Assembly: GCF_036584575.1 (NCBI RefSeq)
Contig: NZ_JAZHDB010000091.1
Span: forward strand, 1,246 to 65,245
DNA length: 64,000 nt
DNA from: Desulfolutivibrio sp.
GTDB lineage: Bacteria > Desulfobacterota > Desulfovibrionia > Desulfovibrionales > Desulfovibrionaceae
Reading direction: 5' to 3'
Made by a program: the position numbers and the translations under genes. The stretch's first letter is position 1, and every line of letters starts with the position of its first letter. The notes under the pieces are model-generated. The model searched no databases. It saw only the letters and a program-made list of their open reading frames with translations, and was not told where the DNA came from. Shown piece after piece: positions 15,840-26,844 of the stretch.

Positions 15840-17330
15840 ATGATCCGCACGCTGAAATCGTCCGTCCTGGCGATTCTCGCCATCTTCGTTTTGGCCGCCT
15901 CCGCCGTGGCCTCCTCTCTTCCGGAGATCACCACCCTGGCGGAAAAGGCCGGCCCGGCCGTGGTCAACATCTCCACGACCAAAACCATCAACAACCAGGG
16001 CAAGCTGCGCGACTTCTTCCAGCAGATGCCGCGAAAAGGCACGCCATTTGACGACTTTTTCGATCAGTTCGACCGCTTCTTCGGTCCCCAGGGCCCCCAG
16101 GGCAACCAAGGCGGCCCCCAGGGCGGCCCCAACGGCGGTCCCCAGGGTCGTGAGCGCGGCCCCAAGCAGCGGTCCCTGGGTTCGGGATTCATCATCTCCC
16201 GCGACGGCTACATTGTGACCAACAACCACGTCATCGACCAGGCCGACGAGGTCAAGGTGCTGTTGCGCGACTCCGACAAGCCCCTGACCGCCAAGGTCAT
16301 CGGCCGCGATCCGGAGATGGATCTGGCCTTGATCAAGATCGAAGGGAAAAACGACCTGCCCTACCTCGAATTCGGCGACTCCGGGGCGCTCAAGGTCGGG
16401 GAATGGGTGGTGGCCATCGGCAACCCCTTCGGCCTGCAAAACACCGTCACCGTGGGCATCGTGTCCGCCAAGGGGCGCATCATCGGGGCCGGTCCCTTCG
16501 ACAACTTCATCCAGACCGACGCCTCCATCAACCCCGGCAACTCCGGCGGCCCGCTCTTGGACCTGGACGGCCGGGTCATCGGCATCAACACCGCCATCGT
16601 GGCCTCGGGCCAGGGCATCGGCTTCGCCATCCCCAGCAACATGGCCAAGGACATCATCACCCAGCTGCGCGAAAACAAGTCCGTCAAGCGCGGCTGGCTC
16701 GGCGTGACCATCCAGAACATCGACGAAAACACCGCCAAGGCCCTGGACATGAAGGACACCAAGGGCGCCCTTCTGACCTCGGTCATCCCCGGCGATCCGG
16801 CGGACAAGGCGGGGCTTAAGACCGGCGACGTCATCACGGCGATCAACGGCGAAAACATTGAGGACACCAACGCGCTTTTGCGCAAGGTGGCGGCCATCCG
16901 GCCCGGCGAAAAAGCGGAATTGACCATCCTGCGCAAGGGGGCCACGAGCAAGATCAGCGTCAGCCTCGGCGAGCGCGACTCCAAGAACCTGGCCCAGGGC
17001 GAGATGCAAAACGGCGAGGATGAGACCGCCAGCGAGACCATGCTGGGGCTCTCCCTGCGCCAGATGAACGCCCAGGAGGCCAAGGCCCTGGGCATGGACA
17101 AGCCCCAGGGGCTGTTGGTGGCGGGCGTGGCCGAAGGCTCCGCCGCCGAAGAGGCCGAGGTGCGCCCCGGCGACGTGATCCTGGAGATCAACCAGACCGC
17201 GGTCACCTCCGTGGACGCCTTCACCAAGGCGGTCAAGGAGGACGGCCGGAAAAAGGGCGTGGTCATGCTCCTGATCAAGCGTCAGGGTCAAAGCCTGTTC
17301 CGCACCATCCCGGTGACGGACGGCAAGTAG
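15840..17330 (+). CDS. degP: HtrA/DegP-family serine protease with two PDZ domains
   Basis: signal peptide, GSGFII, TNNHV, DLALIK, QTDASINPGNSGGPL. Confidence 0.93.
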   Translation: MIRTLKSSVLAILAIFVLAASAVASSLPEITTLAEKAGPAVVNISTTKTINNQGKLRDFFQQMPRKGTPFDDFFDQFDRFFGPQGPQGNQGGPQGGPNGGPQGRERGPKQRSLGSGFIISRDGYIVTNNHVIDQADEVKVLLRDSDKPLTAKVIGRDPEMDLALIKIEGKNDLPYLEFGDSGALKVGEWVVAIGNPFGLQNTVTVGIVSAKGRIIGAGPFDNFIQTDASINPGNSGGPLLDLDGRVIGINTAIVASGQGIGFAIPSNMAKDIITQLRENKSVKRGWLGVTIQNIDENTAKALDMKDTKGALLTSVIPGDPADKAGLKTGDVITAINGENIEDTNALLRKVAAIRPGEKAELTILRKGATSKISVSLGERDSKNLAQGEMQNGEDETASETMLGLSLRQMNAQEAKALGMDKPQGLLVAGVAEGSAAEEAEVRPGDVILEINQTAVTSVDAFTKAVKEDGRKKGVVMLLIKRQGQSLFRTIPVTDGK

Positions 17331-17387
17331 GACAACGATTGAGCGCGGGACGGGGCCCTCCCCGTCCCGCGTTTTCATCACCCCTCC

Positions 17388-18281
17388 ATGACACAAACCG
17401 CCTCCACCGCTCCCGCCGGGGAAACCCGCCTGGCCGCGCCGTGCAAGATCAATCTGCATCTGCGCATCCTTCGGCGCCGCCCCGACGGCTATCACGATCT
17501 GGAGACCCTGTTTCTGGCCCTGCCCGAACCGGCGGACGAACTGGTCATCCGCCCCCTGCCCGGGGACGGCGGCCTGACGCTTGCCTGTTCGGACCCGGCC
17601 CTGGACGGCCCGGACAACCTCGTGGCCCGGGCCTACCGGGCCTACGGCGAAAACACGGGTTTTTTCCCAGCCCTCGACGTTTTTTTGGACAAACGCATCC
17701 CGGCCGGTTCGGGACTTGGCGGAGCCAGTTCCGACGCCGCAGGCATCCTGGCCTATCTCAACGGCCACGCCCCACAACCCCTGTCCGCCCGGGAGTTGTC
17801 GGCCCTGGGCGCAGGCCTGGGCGCGGACGTGTCTTTTTTTCTCCAGGACGGTCCGGCCCTGGCTCTGGGCATCGGCGAAAAACTGTCGCCTTTTCCCCTC
17901 GATCTTTCCGGATTCGCCCTGGTTCTGGTCTGCCCCAGACAGCGGGTGAACACGGCCTGGGCCTACCGGACCTACGACGAACAGTCAGGAAACGACGCCC
18001 CCGCCTCGGAAAGTCACTTGACAAGCGCATTTCACCGAAATATACGACCCTTTTGCGTGACCGGGCTGCCACTGTTCAACAGCTTTGAAGGGGTCGTTTT
18101 TGCGGCCCTGCCGGATCTGCGGCGTCTCAAGGAAACCCTGTTTTCCCTGGGCGCATCGGGTGCGGCCTTAAGCGGCAGCGGGTCCGCCATGTTCGGACTG
18201 TTCCGGGATCGGGAAAAGGCCCGCCAGGCCGTGGCCGAGCTTGTCCGCCAGGGCGTTGACGGACGACTGGTTCTTCCCTGA
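17388..18281 (+). CDS. ispE: 4-diphosphocytidyl-2-C-methyl-D-erythritol kinase
   Basis: APCKINLHL, KRIPAGSGLGGASSDAA, LGADV, LSGSGSA. Confidence 0.95.
   Translation: MTQTASTAPAGETRLAAPCKINLHLRILRRRPDGYHDLETLFLALPEPADELVIRPLPGDGGLTLACSDPALDGPDNLVARAYRAYGENTGFFPALDVFLDKRIPAGSGLGGASSDAAGILAYLNGHAPQPLSARELSALGAGLGADVSFFLQDGPALALGIGEKLSPFPLDLSGFALVLVCPRQRVNTAWAYRTYDEQSGNDAPASESHLTSAFHRNIRPFCVTGLPLFNSFEGVVFAALPDLRRLKETLFSLGASGAALSGSGSAMFGLFRDREKARQAVAELVRQGVDGRLVLP
18018..18046 (+). promoter_or_regulatory. internal promoter in ispE for tRNA-Gln/prs
   Basis: TTGACA-N17-TATACG in a local AT-rich patch. Confidence 0.55.
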
Positions 18282-18325
18282 CGCCGCTTTGCGGCGCTTT
18301 TTTTCCGGGATTGTCCGGTACTTGC

Positions 18326-18401
18326 TGGGGCGTCGCCAAGCTGGCAAGGCACGGGGTTTTGGTCCCCGCATTCGAGGGTTCGAATCCTTCCGCCCCAGCC
18401 A
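18326..18401 (+). tRNA. tRNA-Gln (TTG)
   Basis: TGGGGCG/CGCCCCA acceptor stem, CGGGG-TT-TTG-GT-CCCCG anticodon arm, GTTCGAATC, CCA. Confidence 0.95.
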
Positions 18402-18542
18402 TATTTCGTGCCCGGCCCCACACGCCCTTGGCGGGCCGGACGCCACGCGGGAACGCCGCATCCGGCCGTGGCTGGACGGAGCGGACGTCAAAGGCGCGCC
18501 GCAAGGTCCGCCCCCGGCACACCACTATCGAGGCAAAACTCC

Positions 18543-19487
18543 ATGGCCCAAGGCGATCTGAAAATCCTCTCCGGCACGTCCAATCCGGCGTTGGCTGAAG
18601 CCATCTGCGACCACCTGGGCTGCACGCTTCTGCCCTCCAAGGTGAGCACCTTCAGCGACGGCGAGATTCGGGTGGAGATCGGGGCCAACGTCCGGGGTTC
18701 GGATATCTTCGTCATCCAGTCCACCTGCAAGCCCGTGAACTTTCTGTTCATGGAGCTGTGCCTGATCCTGGACGCCCTCAAACGGGCCAGCGCCCACCGG
18801 GTGACCGCCGTGGTGCCGTATTACGGCTACGCCCGCCAGGACCGCAAGGTGGCCCCCCGGGCCCCCATCAGCGCCAAGCTGGTGGCCGATTTTCTGACCG
18901 TGGCCGGGATGAACCGCCTTTTGACCATCGACCTGCACGCCGGACAGATCCAGGGCTTTTTCAACCTGCCCGTGGACAACCTCTATGCCGCGCCGATCAT
19001 GGCCGAATATTTCAAGGGCATCCACAGCGACAACCTGATGATCGTCTCCCCCGACGCCGGGGGCGTGGAACGGGCCCGGTCCTTCGCCAAGCGTCTTGAG
19101 GGCGGGCTGGCCATCATCGACAAACGCCGCGACGCCCCCAACCAGGCCAAGGCCATGCACGTCATCGGCGACGTCACGGACAAGGTCTGCGTGGTCCTGG
19201 ACGACATGATCGACACCGCCGGGACCATCGTCCAGGCCGGCCAAGTGCTGCTCGAAAACGGCGCCCGGGAGGTCATGGCCTGCGCCACCCACCCCGTGCT
19301 CTCCGGCCCGGCCATCGAACGCCTGGAGGCCTCGTCGTTTTCCCAGATCGTGACCACCAACACCATCCCCCTGAGCGAAGAAGCCAAGTGCTGTTCCAAG
19401 ATCAAGGTGCTGTCCATCGCCGGGCTTCTGGCCAAGGCCATCCACAACATCCACACCGAGTCTTCGGTGAGCGTGCTTTTCACCTAA
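18543..19487 (+). CDS. prs: ribose-phosphate pyrophosphokinase
   Basis: [41 protein letters not shown]. Confidence 0.97.
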   Translation: MAQGDLKILSGTSNPALAEAICDHLGCTLLPSKVSTFSDGEIRVEIGANVRGSDIFVIQSTCKPVNFLFMELCLILDALKRASAHRVTAVVPYYGYARQDRKVAPRAPISAKLVADFLTVAGMNRLLTIDLHAGQIQGFFNLPVDNLYAAPIMAEYFKGIHSDNLMIVSPDAGGVERARSFAKRLEGGLAIIDKRRDAPNQAKAMHVIGDVTDKVCVVLDDMIDTAGTIVQAGQVLLENGAREVMACATHPVLSGPAIERLEASSFSQIVTTNTIPLSEEAKCCSKIKVLSIAGLLAKAIHNIHTESSVSVLFT

Positions 19488-19540
19488 TAAATCACACGCC
19501 GGGCGCGAAAGCCGCGCCGGAATCGAAAAGGAGAACCACC

Positions 19541-20137
19541 ATGAAAGAGCAACTGTCCCTCGCGGTCACCCCCCGCGCTACGAAGGGAAAAGGCGCCTGT
19601 CGGCGGCTGCGCGTCGAGAACCTTGTGCCCGGCATCTTCTATGACTCCAAGGGAACCAACATTCCGGTCATGGTCGCCGAACTGCCCCTGACCAAGCTGC
19701 GGGAAAAGACCGGCTCCTCCCACGTTTTCGATCTGGTGATCGAGAGCGAGGAAGGCCCCCAGACCCGGCCGTCGCTCATCTGGAACGTCCAGCGCCACCC
19801 CACCAAGCCCCGCATCACCCATGTGGACTTCTACGGCGTGGACCTGGAAAAGGTCATCCGGGTGTCCGTGCCCGTGGTGGTCACCGGCAAGGCCAAGGGC
19901 GTGGTGCTCGGCGGCAAGCTCGAAATCTTCCGGGACATGGTCGAGGTGGAGTGCCTGCCCCTGTCCATCCCGGACATGGTGACCATCGACGTGTCGGCCC
20001 TGGACACCAATGAAAACATTGTCGTCTCCGATCTGGTCCTGCCCGAGGGCGTCAAGGCCGTCTACGAGGACAATTATGCCGTGGTGGGTGTGGTGTTCGA
20101 GGCCGAGGAAGAAGAAAAGACCACGGCCGAATCCTGA
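19541..20137 (+). CDS. rplY: 50S ribosomal protein L25/Ctc
   Basis: GKGACRRLR, VQRHP...HVDFY, GVVLGG. Confidence 0.93.
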   Translation: MKEQLSLAVTPRATKGKGACRRLRVENLVPGIFYDSKGTNIPVMVAELPLTKLREKTGSSHVFDLVIESEEGPQTRPSLIWNVQRHPTKPRITHVDFYGVDLEKVIRVSVPVVVTGKAKGVVLGGKLEIFRDMVEVECLPLSIPDMVTIDVSALDTNENIVVSDLVLPEGVKAVYEDNYAVVGVVFEAEEEEKTTAES

Positions 20138-20326
20138 TCATCGCCCTGATCCGGAGGCGGCCCTGTCCGGGTCGCCTCCTTTGCATCGCTTCATGCCGGA
20201 CGGGCCGCGCCGGGTGTTCGCAGACGCGCGGCCTCGTTTTCCGCCCTCTCGTACGCACATGATGGCGACGAACGATATTTCCGGCCCGGGACTCGCCCTG
20301 CGGCCGCATCACAACCCCCGCTTGCC

Positions 20327-20935
20327 ATGGCGTTCACTTCCCTGATTTTGGGACTGGGCAACCCCGGTCCCCAGTATGCCATGACCCGGCACAATCTGGG
20401 TTTCTGGGCTGCGGACGCCCTGCGGGAGCAAGGCCAGGCCTCGCGCATCTCGTCGCGCAAGGATGTCGAATTGTTTCACCTGACGCTTACGGGTCCGGCC
20501 AGAGGGCCGCATTTGCTGGCGAAACCCCTGACGTTTATGAATTTAAGCGGACTGGCCGCCTCCTATCTGTGTGGATATTACAAGATCGATCCGGAGAACG
20601 TGGTCGTGATGCACGACGAACTGGATCTGCCCCTGGGACGCATCCGGATCAAGCGCGGCGGCGGCGACGCCGGGCACCAGGGCCTGGCCTCCATCACCCG
20701 GGAACTGGGCGCCCCGGATTACGTGCGCATCCGCCTGGGCATAAGCCGCCCCGCCCCCGGGCGCGACGTGAAGGGCTACGTGCTGGAGCGCTTCCCGGAG
20801 TACGAACGGGCCATCGCCATGCGCGTGGCCGAGGACGCGGCCCGGCTGGCGACGCTCTTTTTGACTGAGGGTTTGGAGACGGCCAAACGGCAGGCGGGCC
20901 AGATCAACCATACGCCGCCCGCGAACCCCGCATGA
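20327..20935 (+). CDS. pth: peptidyl-tRNA hydrolase
   Basis: GLGNPG..Y..TRHNLGF, KPLTFMNLSG, HDELDL, GHQGL. Confidence 0.95.
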   Translation: MAFTSLILGLGNPGPQYAMTRHNLGFWAADALREQGQASRISSRKDVELFHLTLTGPARGPHLLAKPLTFMNLSGLAASYLCGYYKIDPENVVVMHDELDLPLGRIRIKRGGGDAGHQGLASITRELGAPDYVRIRLGISRPAPGRDVKGYVLERFPEYERAIAMRVAEDAARLATLFLTEGLETAKRQAGQINHTPPANPA

Positions 20936-21045
20936 CCGCCGCCAGCCTGCCTGAATCAGACATGGACTATTTTCGCCCATTGCGTTATTTAGAAAAAACA
21001 CTGGACGCATCCTCCCTTCTTCTCGACTCGCAAAGGAGCCCCACG

Positions 21046-21558
21046 GTGTTTTCTGTTGACCAGCTAGTCGTCTATCCCGCCCAGGGTGTGGGCAAAGTGG
21101 AACGCATCGAATCCCGGGACATCGGGGGGGCGACGACGGACTTTTTTATCGTCCGCATTTTGAGCAACAACGTCACGCTCATGGTGCCGGTGCGAAACGC
21201 CCAGAATGTCGGCCTGCGTCCCCTGTGTACCGAAGACCAGGGCCGGGCCATCATCGAGTCCCTGAAAGACCGTTCCGACTTCACCGGCTACACAGGGCAG
21301 AATTGGAACCGCCGCTATCGGGAATATTCCGAAAAGCTCAAAAGCGGGGATCTGGCCGATGTAGCCTATGTTCTCAAGGAACTTCTGCTTATCGGGCAGA
21401 ACAAGGAATTGTCCTTCGGCGAACGCCGCCTGCTCGAACAGGCCACCGGACTTTTGACCCTGGAGCTGAGCCTGTCCCTTTCACAGGAGCAGGACGAGGT
21501 CAAGGCGGTCATCAACGAACTGTTCGCCGACGTGATCCAGCCCAAAGTCGTGGAGTGA
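21046..21558 (+). CDS. carD: CarD-family transcription factor
   Basis: VVYPAQGVG, NWNRRYREYSEKLKSG, LSFGERRLL; GTG start after AAGGAG. Confidence 0.92.
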   Translation: MFSVDQLVVYPAQGVGKVERIESRDIGGATTDFFIVRILSNNVTLMVPVRNAQNVGLRPLCTEDQGRAIIESLKDRSDFTGYTGQNWNRRYREYSEKLKSGDLADVAYVLKELLLIGQNKELSFGERRLLEQATGLLTLELSLSLSQEQDEVKAVINELFADVIQPKVVE

Positions 21559-21906
21559 CCTGGCGGGGCGCGCAGGACGTCAAAAAGGGCACATCCCGCT
21601 TGACAGTGCCCGCAAATTGTATAAGTAACACCCCGGGCCGCCAAGCAGTGCCCCCTCCAAATCCGGTTCTTTTTTACAGAATTGACACTTCCGCGAAGGC
21701 AACAGCGACTGGAGCTTGATTTTTCCGCGAGCGTCATTCCGCTTACACTACCGTTGGCATCTGCGGGGAACGCACCTCCGCTGCACCGTTTCCGCGCCAA
21801 GAGAGCCATCGCATATTTCGTCAGGATCGATTCGGATTTTTTACGGGAAAACCCTCTCTTTTCCACGGCTGTGCACCATACAACGCCCCTTTGTACGGAG
21901 TAAGGA

Positions 21907-23154
<1,248 letters not shown>

Positions 23155-23168
23155 GGTTGTGAAAGCGC

Positions 23169-23199
23169 AAACCCCTTTCAGCGTGACTGAAAGGGGTTT
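23169..23199. terminator. hairpin terminator after rho
   Basis: AAACCCCTTTCA-GCGTGAC-TGAAAGGGGTTT. Confidence 0.75.
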
Positions 23200-23325
23200 G
23201 GTTGCATCAAATGCTCTTATTTACTGAATTGCATCGTATTCTATTGTGAGTCTGACTGTACAACAGCACGCTCCGCAAAAAAGCACCCACACACAAATGT
23301 CTTTGATGCCTTTGCTGTCCGAAGT

Positions 23326-23805
23326 TTATTTTATTTTAACAATTTCAAGTACAGCTTCTCCTCTGTTACCTGAGCATTTATCCATCCCTTCGTGCTCATC
23401 AGTTAGATAAAAATACAGTGTTGTCTGGACACTCAGGTTTATATCCACAACCTCATCGGCATTTTTCACAAAAGCCTCTTTGGCATCAGGGTATTTTACC
23501 TCACTTCCAAGAAAATATTCTTCCTTCCCGTCAAAGACCATGACAAGCCAAAACCACGGCTGTGTCTTCCGCAATGTTGCATCTTTATTCGACGGATAGC
23601 GTGATACTGCTCCACCAGTCGGATGCGCTTTGTATTGCCCAGGTTCTAATTTTAATTTGACAGCGTTGCTCAAGCATCTTTCTTTATTGTTTTGAATGCT
23701 TGCGCAACAATTATTTTCTGCACCAACCTTCACTTCGTAACTCTGACAATAGCCAGACCCTGGAACGATTATCAAAACAAGCAACACAGGAAGAAGAAAC
23801 TTCAT
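23326..23805 (-). CDS. AT-rich exported hypothetical protein
   Basis: signal peptide MKFLLPVLLVLIIV; GGAGG RBS; Cys residues. Confidence 0.7.
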   Translation of the reverse strand: MKFLLPVLLVLIIVPGSGYCQSYEVKVGAENNCCASIQNNKERCLSNAVKLKLEPGQYKAHPTGGAVSRYPSNKDATLRKTQPWFWLVMVFDGKEEYFLGSEVKYPDAKEAFVKNADEVVDINLSVQTTLYFYLTDEHEGMDKCSGNRGEAVLEIVKIK

Positions 23806-23838
23806 ACGCCCTCCAATAATTTAAAGGTTATATACATA

Positions 23839-24474
23839 TCAATTTGTCGGCACTCTAGTAATTGGTCGGGAACTTCTTTCTAGTAAACCACGATTCTTCA
23901 CGTCATTCCCGCTTACATCTCCGACCATTTTCTTGGCATTACGTATATCTGAAACAACTCCCTGTAATTCCCCCGCAAGATCGACATTTCTTGCAATTTC
24001 TGGCCTTTTGATCATTATATCTATCAAATCTGCTTTTTGTATGCATATATTATTCATAGCAACCATCCGCTTGACTATATCTTTAAACGACTTATCACTA
24101 TTATTTTTTAATATATGCATCTGTTCCTTTGCATTGATTACTTCATCAAGAGTCATCAGTAACGTATCAAGCGTATGTTTGCCCTTATCAACGCTAATTT
24201 CTAACTTTATATTTTGTATTTCAAGTTTATCTATTGTCTCATCAAGTTTATTTACAACATCATAATGCCTTATATCACCTTCACTTTGAGATTGAAAATA
24301 TGTAATCACAGACAGTACTCCTCCGATTAATATTATACATACAAAGGCTATCCCTTTATACCATTTTGTTTTGCTTTCTCCGTCAGAGCTCCCTATCTTA
24401 TCCCCCGTAAAGTAAAGGAAGAGTGAGCCCACATTCAGAATGGCAATCAGTAAATATGGAAGCACATCGGACAT
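23839..24474 (-). CDS. AT-rich hypothetical protein, 2 TM plus coiled-coil-like region
   Basis: two hydrophobic helices then a helical charged region. Confidence 0.7.
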   Translation of the reverse strand: MSDVLPYLLIAILNVGSLFLYFTGDKIGSSDGESKTKWYKGIAFVCIILIGGVLSVITYFQSQSEGDIRHYDVVNKLDETIDKLEIQNIKLEISVDKGKHTLDTLLMTLDEVINAKEQMHILKNNSDKSFKDIVKRMVAMNNICIQKADLIDIMIKRPEIARNVDLAGELQGVVSDIRNAKKMVGDVSGNDVKNRGLLERSSRPITRVPTN

Positions 24475-24722
24475 TTGCCCCCCAGCTGTTTGCACGTATA
24501 AATAATATTCTCCTATCCATGACAAAAACTCCGATGTCAACTTATTTTTAAATATTAATTATAAACTAAACAATACTTTTGACGCCAGCATACGAATATA
24601 TCGGCAAGTTTCCCGTAATAACACATATCAACCGCTGCACAGGTCACAGTTGGGATCATCCGCAATGAAAACTCCCCCACCCCGCCCTTTTCTTCTTTCG
24701 CCAACGGCGGTAAGGAAAGGAC

Positions 24723-26183
24723 ATGAGCACCCCACTTCGCCGTACGGCCGCCATCGTGGCGGTCATCTTGTGCCTTGTGGCGGGACGCTTCGTCCCGGGC
24801 GCATGGCCGACATCTCCCCGCGAGGCCCAGGCCGGACTTTTCGAGTTCACCCTCAAGGATGAACGGGAACTGGGCGAAAAATTCAACGCCCTGGTCCGCT
24901 CCCAGCTCCCCCTGGTGGACGACGCCGAGATCCAGGCCTATGTCACGGACATGGTCAACCGGGTGGCCAAGTCCATGCCGCCCCAGCCCTTCCCCCTGAC
25001 CATCGGGGTCATCCAGAACAATGCCTTAAACGCCTTCGCCGCCCCGGCGGGCTACGTCTTCGTCTTCACCGGGCTCATCCTCAACCTGAACCACGAATCC
25101 GAGGTGGCGGCGGTCATCGCCCACGAACTGGCCCACGTCACCCAGCGCCATCTGGCCAGCCGATATGAAAAAATGACCACCCTGACCATCGGCCAACTGG
25201 TGGGCATGGTGGCCGGACTGGCCCTGGGCGCCGCCGCAGGCGCTCCCGAGGCCGGAAGCGCGCTTATCCTGGGTTCCCAGGCGGCCGCGGTCCAGACGTA
25301 TTTGGGCTACAGCCGCGAGGACGAGCGCGAGGCCGATCAGGTGGGGATGAACTATCTGGTGGCCGCCGGATATCCGCCCCAGGGGATGGTCGGGGCCTTC
25401 GAGACCATCCGGCGCATGCGCTGGCTCAAGGGCCAGGCCACCATCCCGGCCTACTTAAGCACCCACCCCGATGTCACCGAACGGCTGGGCTACCTCAAAG
25501 ACCGCATCAACCAGATGCCCAAGGCCATCCGCGACCGCAGGCAGGACGACGGCAAATTCCTTCGCGCCCAGACCATCATCCGGGCCCGCTACGACGACCC
25601 CCCGAAGGCCATCGGATACTACCGGGGACTAGGGGCCAAAATGACCTGCCTGGACAAGCTCGGACTGGCCGTGGCCACGGGCCGCACCCACGACATCGCC
25701 GCCGCCAGGACGGCCTTTGACGAGGCCATGGCCTGCGGTGGGGGAGACCCCTTGTGGCTGCGCGAGATCGGCCGCTTCGAGATCAAGTCCCGGCGCTACG
25801 AACTGGCCGAAGACTATCTCAAGCGCTCCGTGGAAAAAAATCCCAACGACCTGACGGCCCTTTTCGAATATGCCCGGCTTCTGGCCCAGACCGGCCATTT
25901 CGCCCAGGCCTTGCCCTACATGAACCGGGTGCGCATGAATTTCCCCGACAACGCGGAGATACAGACCGCCTACGGCCAGATGCTCGGGCAATCCGGCGAT
26001 CTGTTCCGGGCCCATCTGCATCTGGCCTATGCCGCCGTCTATGAAAACAACGAACGCCAGGCCGAGTTTCAGATCAAAAAAGTCAAGGATCTGGCTAAGT
26101 CCGAGGAACAGAAACAGGAACTGGCCAAACTTGAGGAACTTTTCAAAAAACGGACGGAACTCTTAAAACGGAGGATTCTCTAA
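24723..26183 (+). CDS. M48 metalloprotease with TPR repeats (BepA/YfgC-like)
   Basis: NAFAAPAG, HELAH, YSREDEREAD, YLSTHP. Confidence 0.9.
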   Translation: MSTPLRRTAAIVAVILCLVAGRFVPGAWPTSPREAQAGLFEFTLKDERELGEKFNALVRSQLPLVDDAEIQAYVTDMVNRVAKSMPPQPFPLTIGVIQNNALNAFAAPAGYVFVFTGLILNLNHESEVAAVIAHELAHVTQRHLASRYEKMTTLTIGQLVGMVAGLALGAAAGAPEAGSALILGSQAAAVQTYLGYSREDEREADQVGMNYLVAAGYPPQGMVGAFETIRRMRWLKGQATIPAYLSTHPDVTERLGYLKDRINQMPKAIRDRRQDDGKFLRAQTIIRARYDDPPKAIGYYRGLGAKMTCLDKLGLAVATGRTHDIAAARTAFDEAMACGGGDPLWLREIGRFEIKSRRYELAEDYLKRSVEKNPNDLTALFEYARLLAQTGHFAQALPYMNRVRMNFPDNAEIQTAYGQMLGQSGDLFRAHLHLAYAAVYENNERQAEFQIKKVKDLAKSEEQKQELAKLEELFKKRTELLKRRIL

Positions 26184-26185
26184 AC

Positions 26186-26590
26186 ATGAGCGCGCCGCAT
26201 CTTTTCCGCTTGCCCAAGGACGCCGATCTTCTGGAGGCCCTGGACGCCATCTGTCGCGAAAAGGGCGTCACCCACGCCACGGTCTCGGTAATCGGCGCGC
26301 TGACCCGGGCCAGCCTGGGGTTTTATCTCCAGGACGAGCACCGCTATGTCTCCCACGAGGTGGACAAGCCGGTGGAGGTGCTGGCCGGACTTGGCAGCGT
26401 GTCCCTCAAGGAAGGCCTACCCTTTGTGCATCTGCATCTGACCCTAAGCGACGCCACCGGCGCGGCCTTTGGCGGCCACGCCATGCCCGGCTGCCGCATC
26501 TTCGCGGCCGAGGCGGTCTTCCAGACAGCCGAGGGGCCGGAAAAACACCGGGTGTTCGACGAGGCCACCGGCCTTTTCCTCTGGGGCTGA
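26186..26590 (+). CDS. PPC/DUF296-domain protein
   Basis: IGAL, HLHLTLSD...FGGH. Confidence 0.85.
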   Translation: MSAPHLFRLPKDADLLEALDAICREKGVTHATVSVIGALTRASLGFYLQDEHRYVSHEVDKPVEVLAGLGSVSLKEGLPFVHLHLTLSDATGAAFGGHAMPGCRIFAAEAVFQTAEGPEKHRVFDEATGLFLWG

Positions 26591-26844
26591 TCCGTGTCGT
26601 CTCGGGAGGCCGCCGAACCCAGATTCCCCGGCCTCCCGATCTCCTCACAGTCTTTGATTTTTTTCTTATCCCCCCGGTCGCCTTGCCTCGCCCCAGCCCT
26701 TGTTGCTAGTGTCGCGCGGTACTGGCCCGTGGGGCGTGCGGCGTCGACCGCAGGCGTCGTCCCCGCAAGCCGACGCCGCTTCGAACGCGCACCACGACTT
26801 TGCGCGCTCAACACCGTCTCAATGCAGAAACGAGGTTGGCCCGC

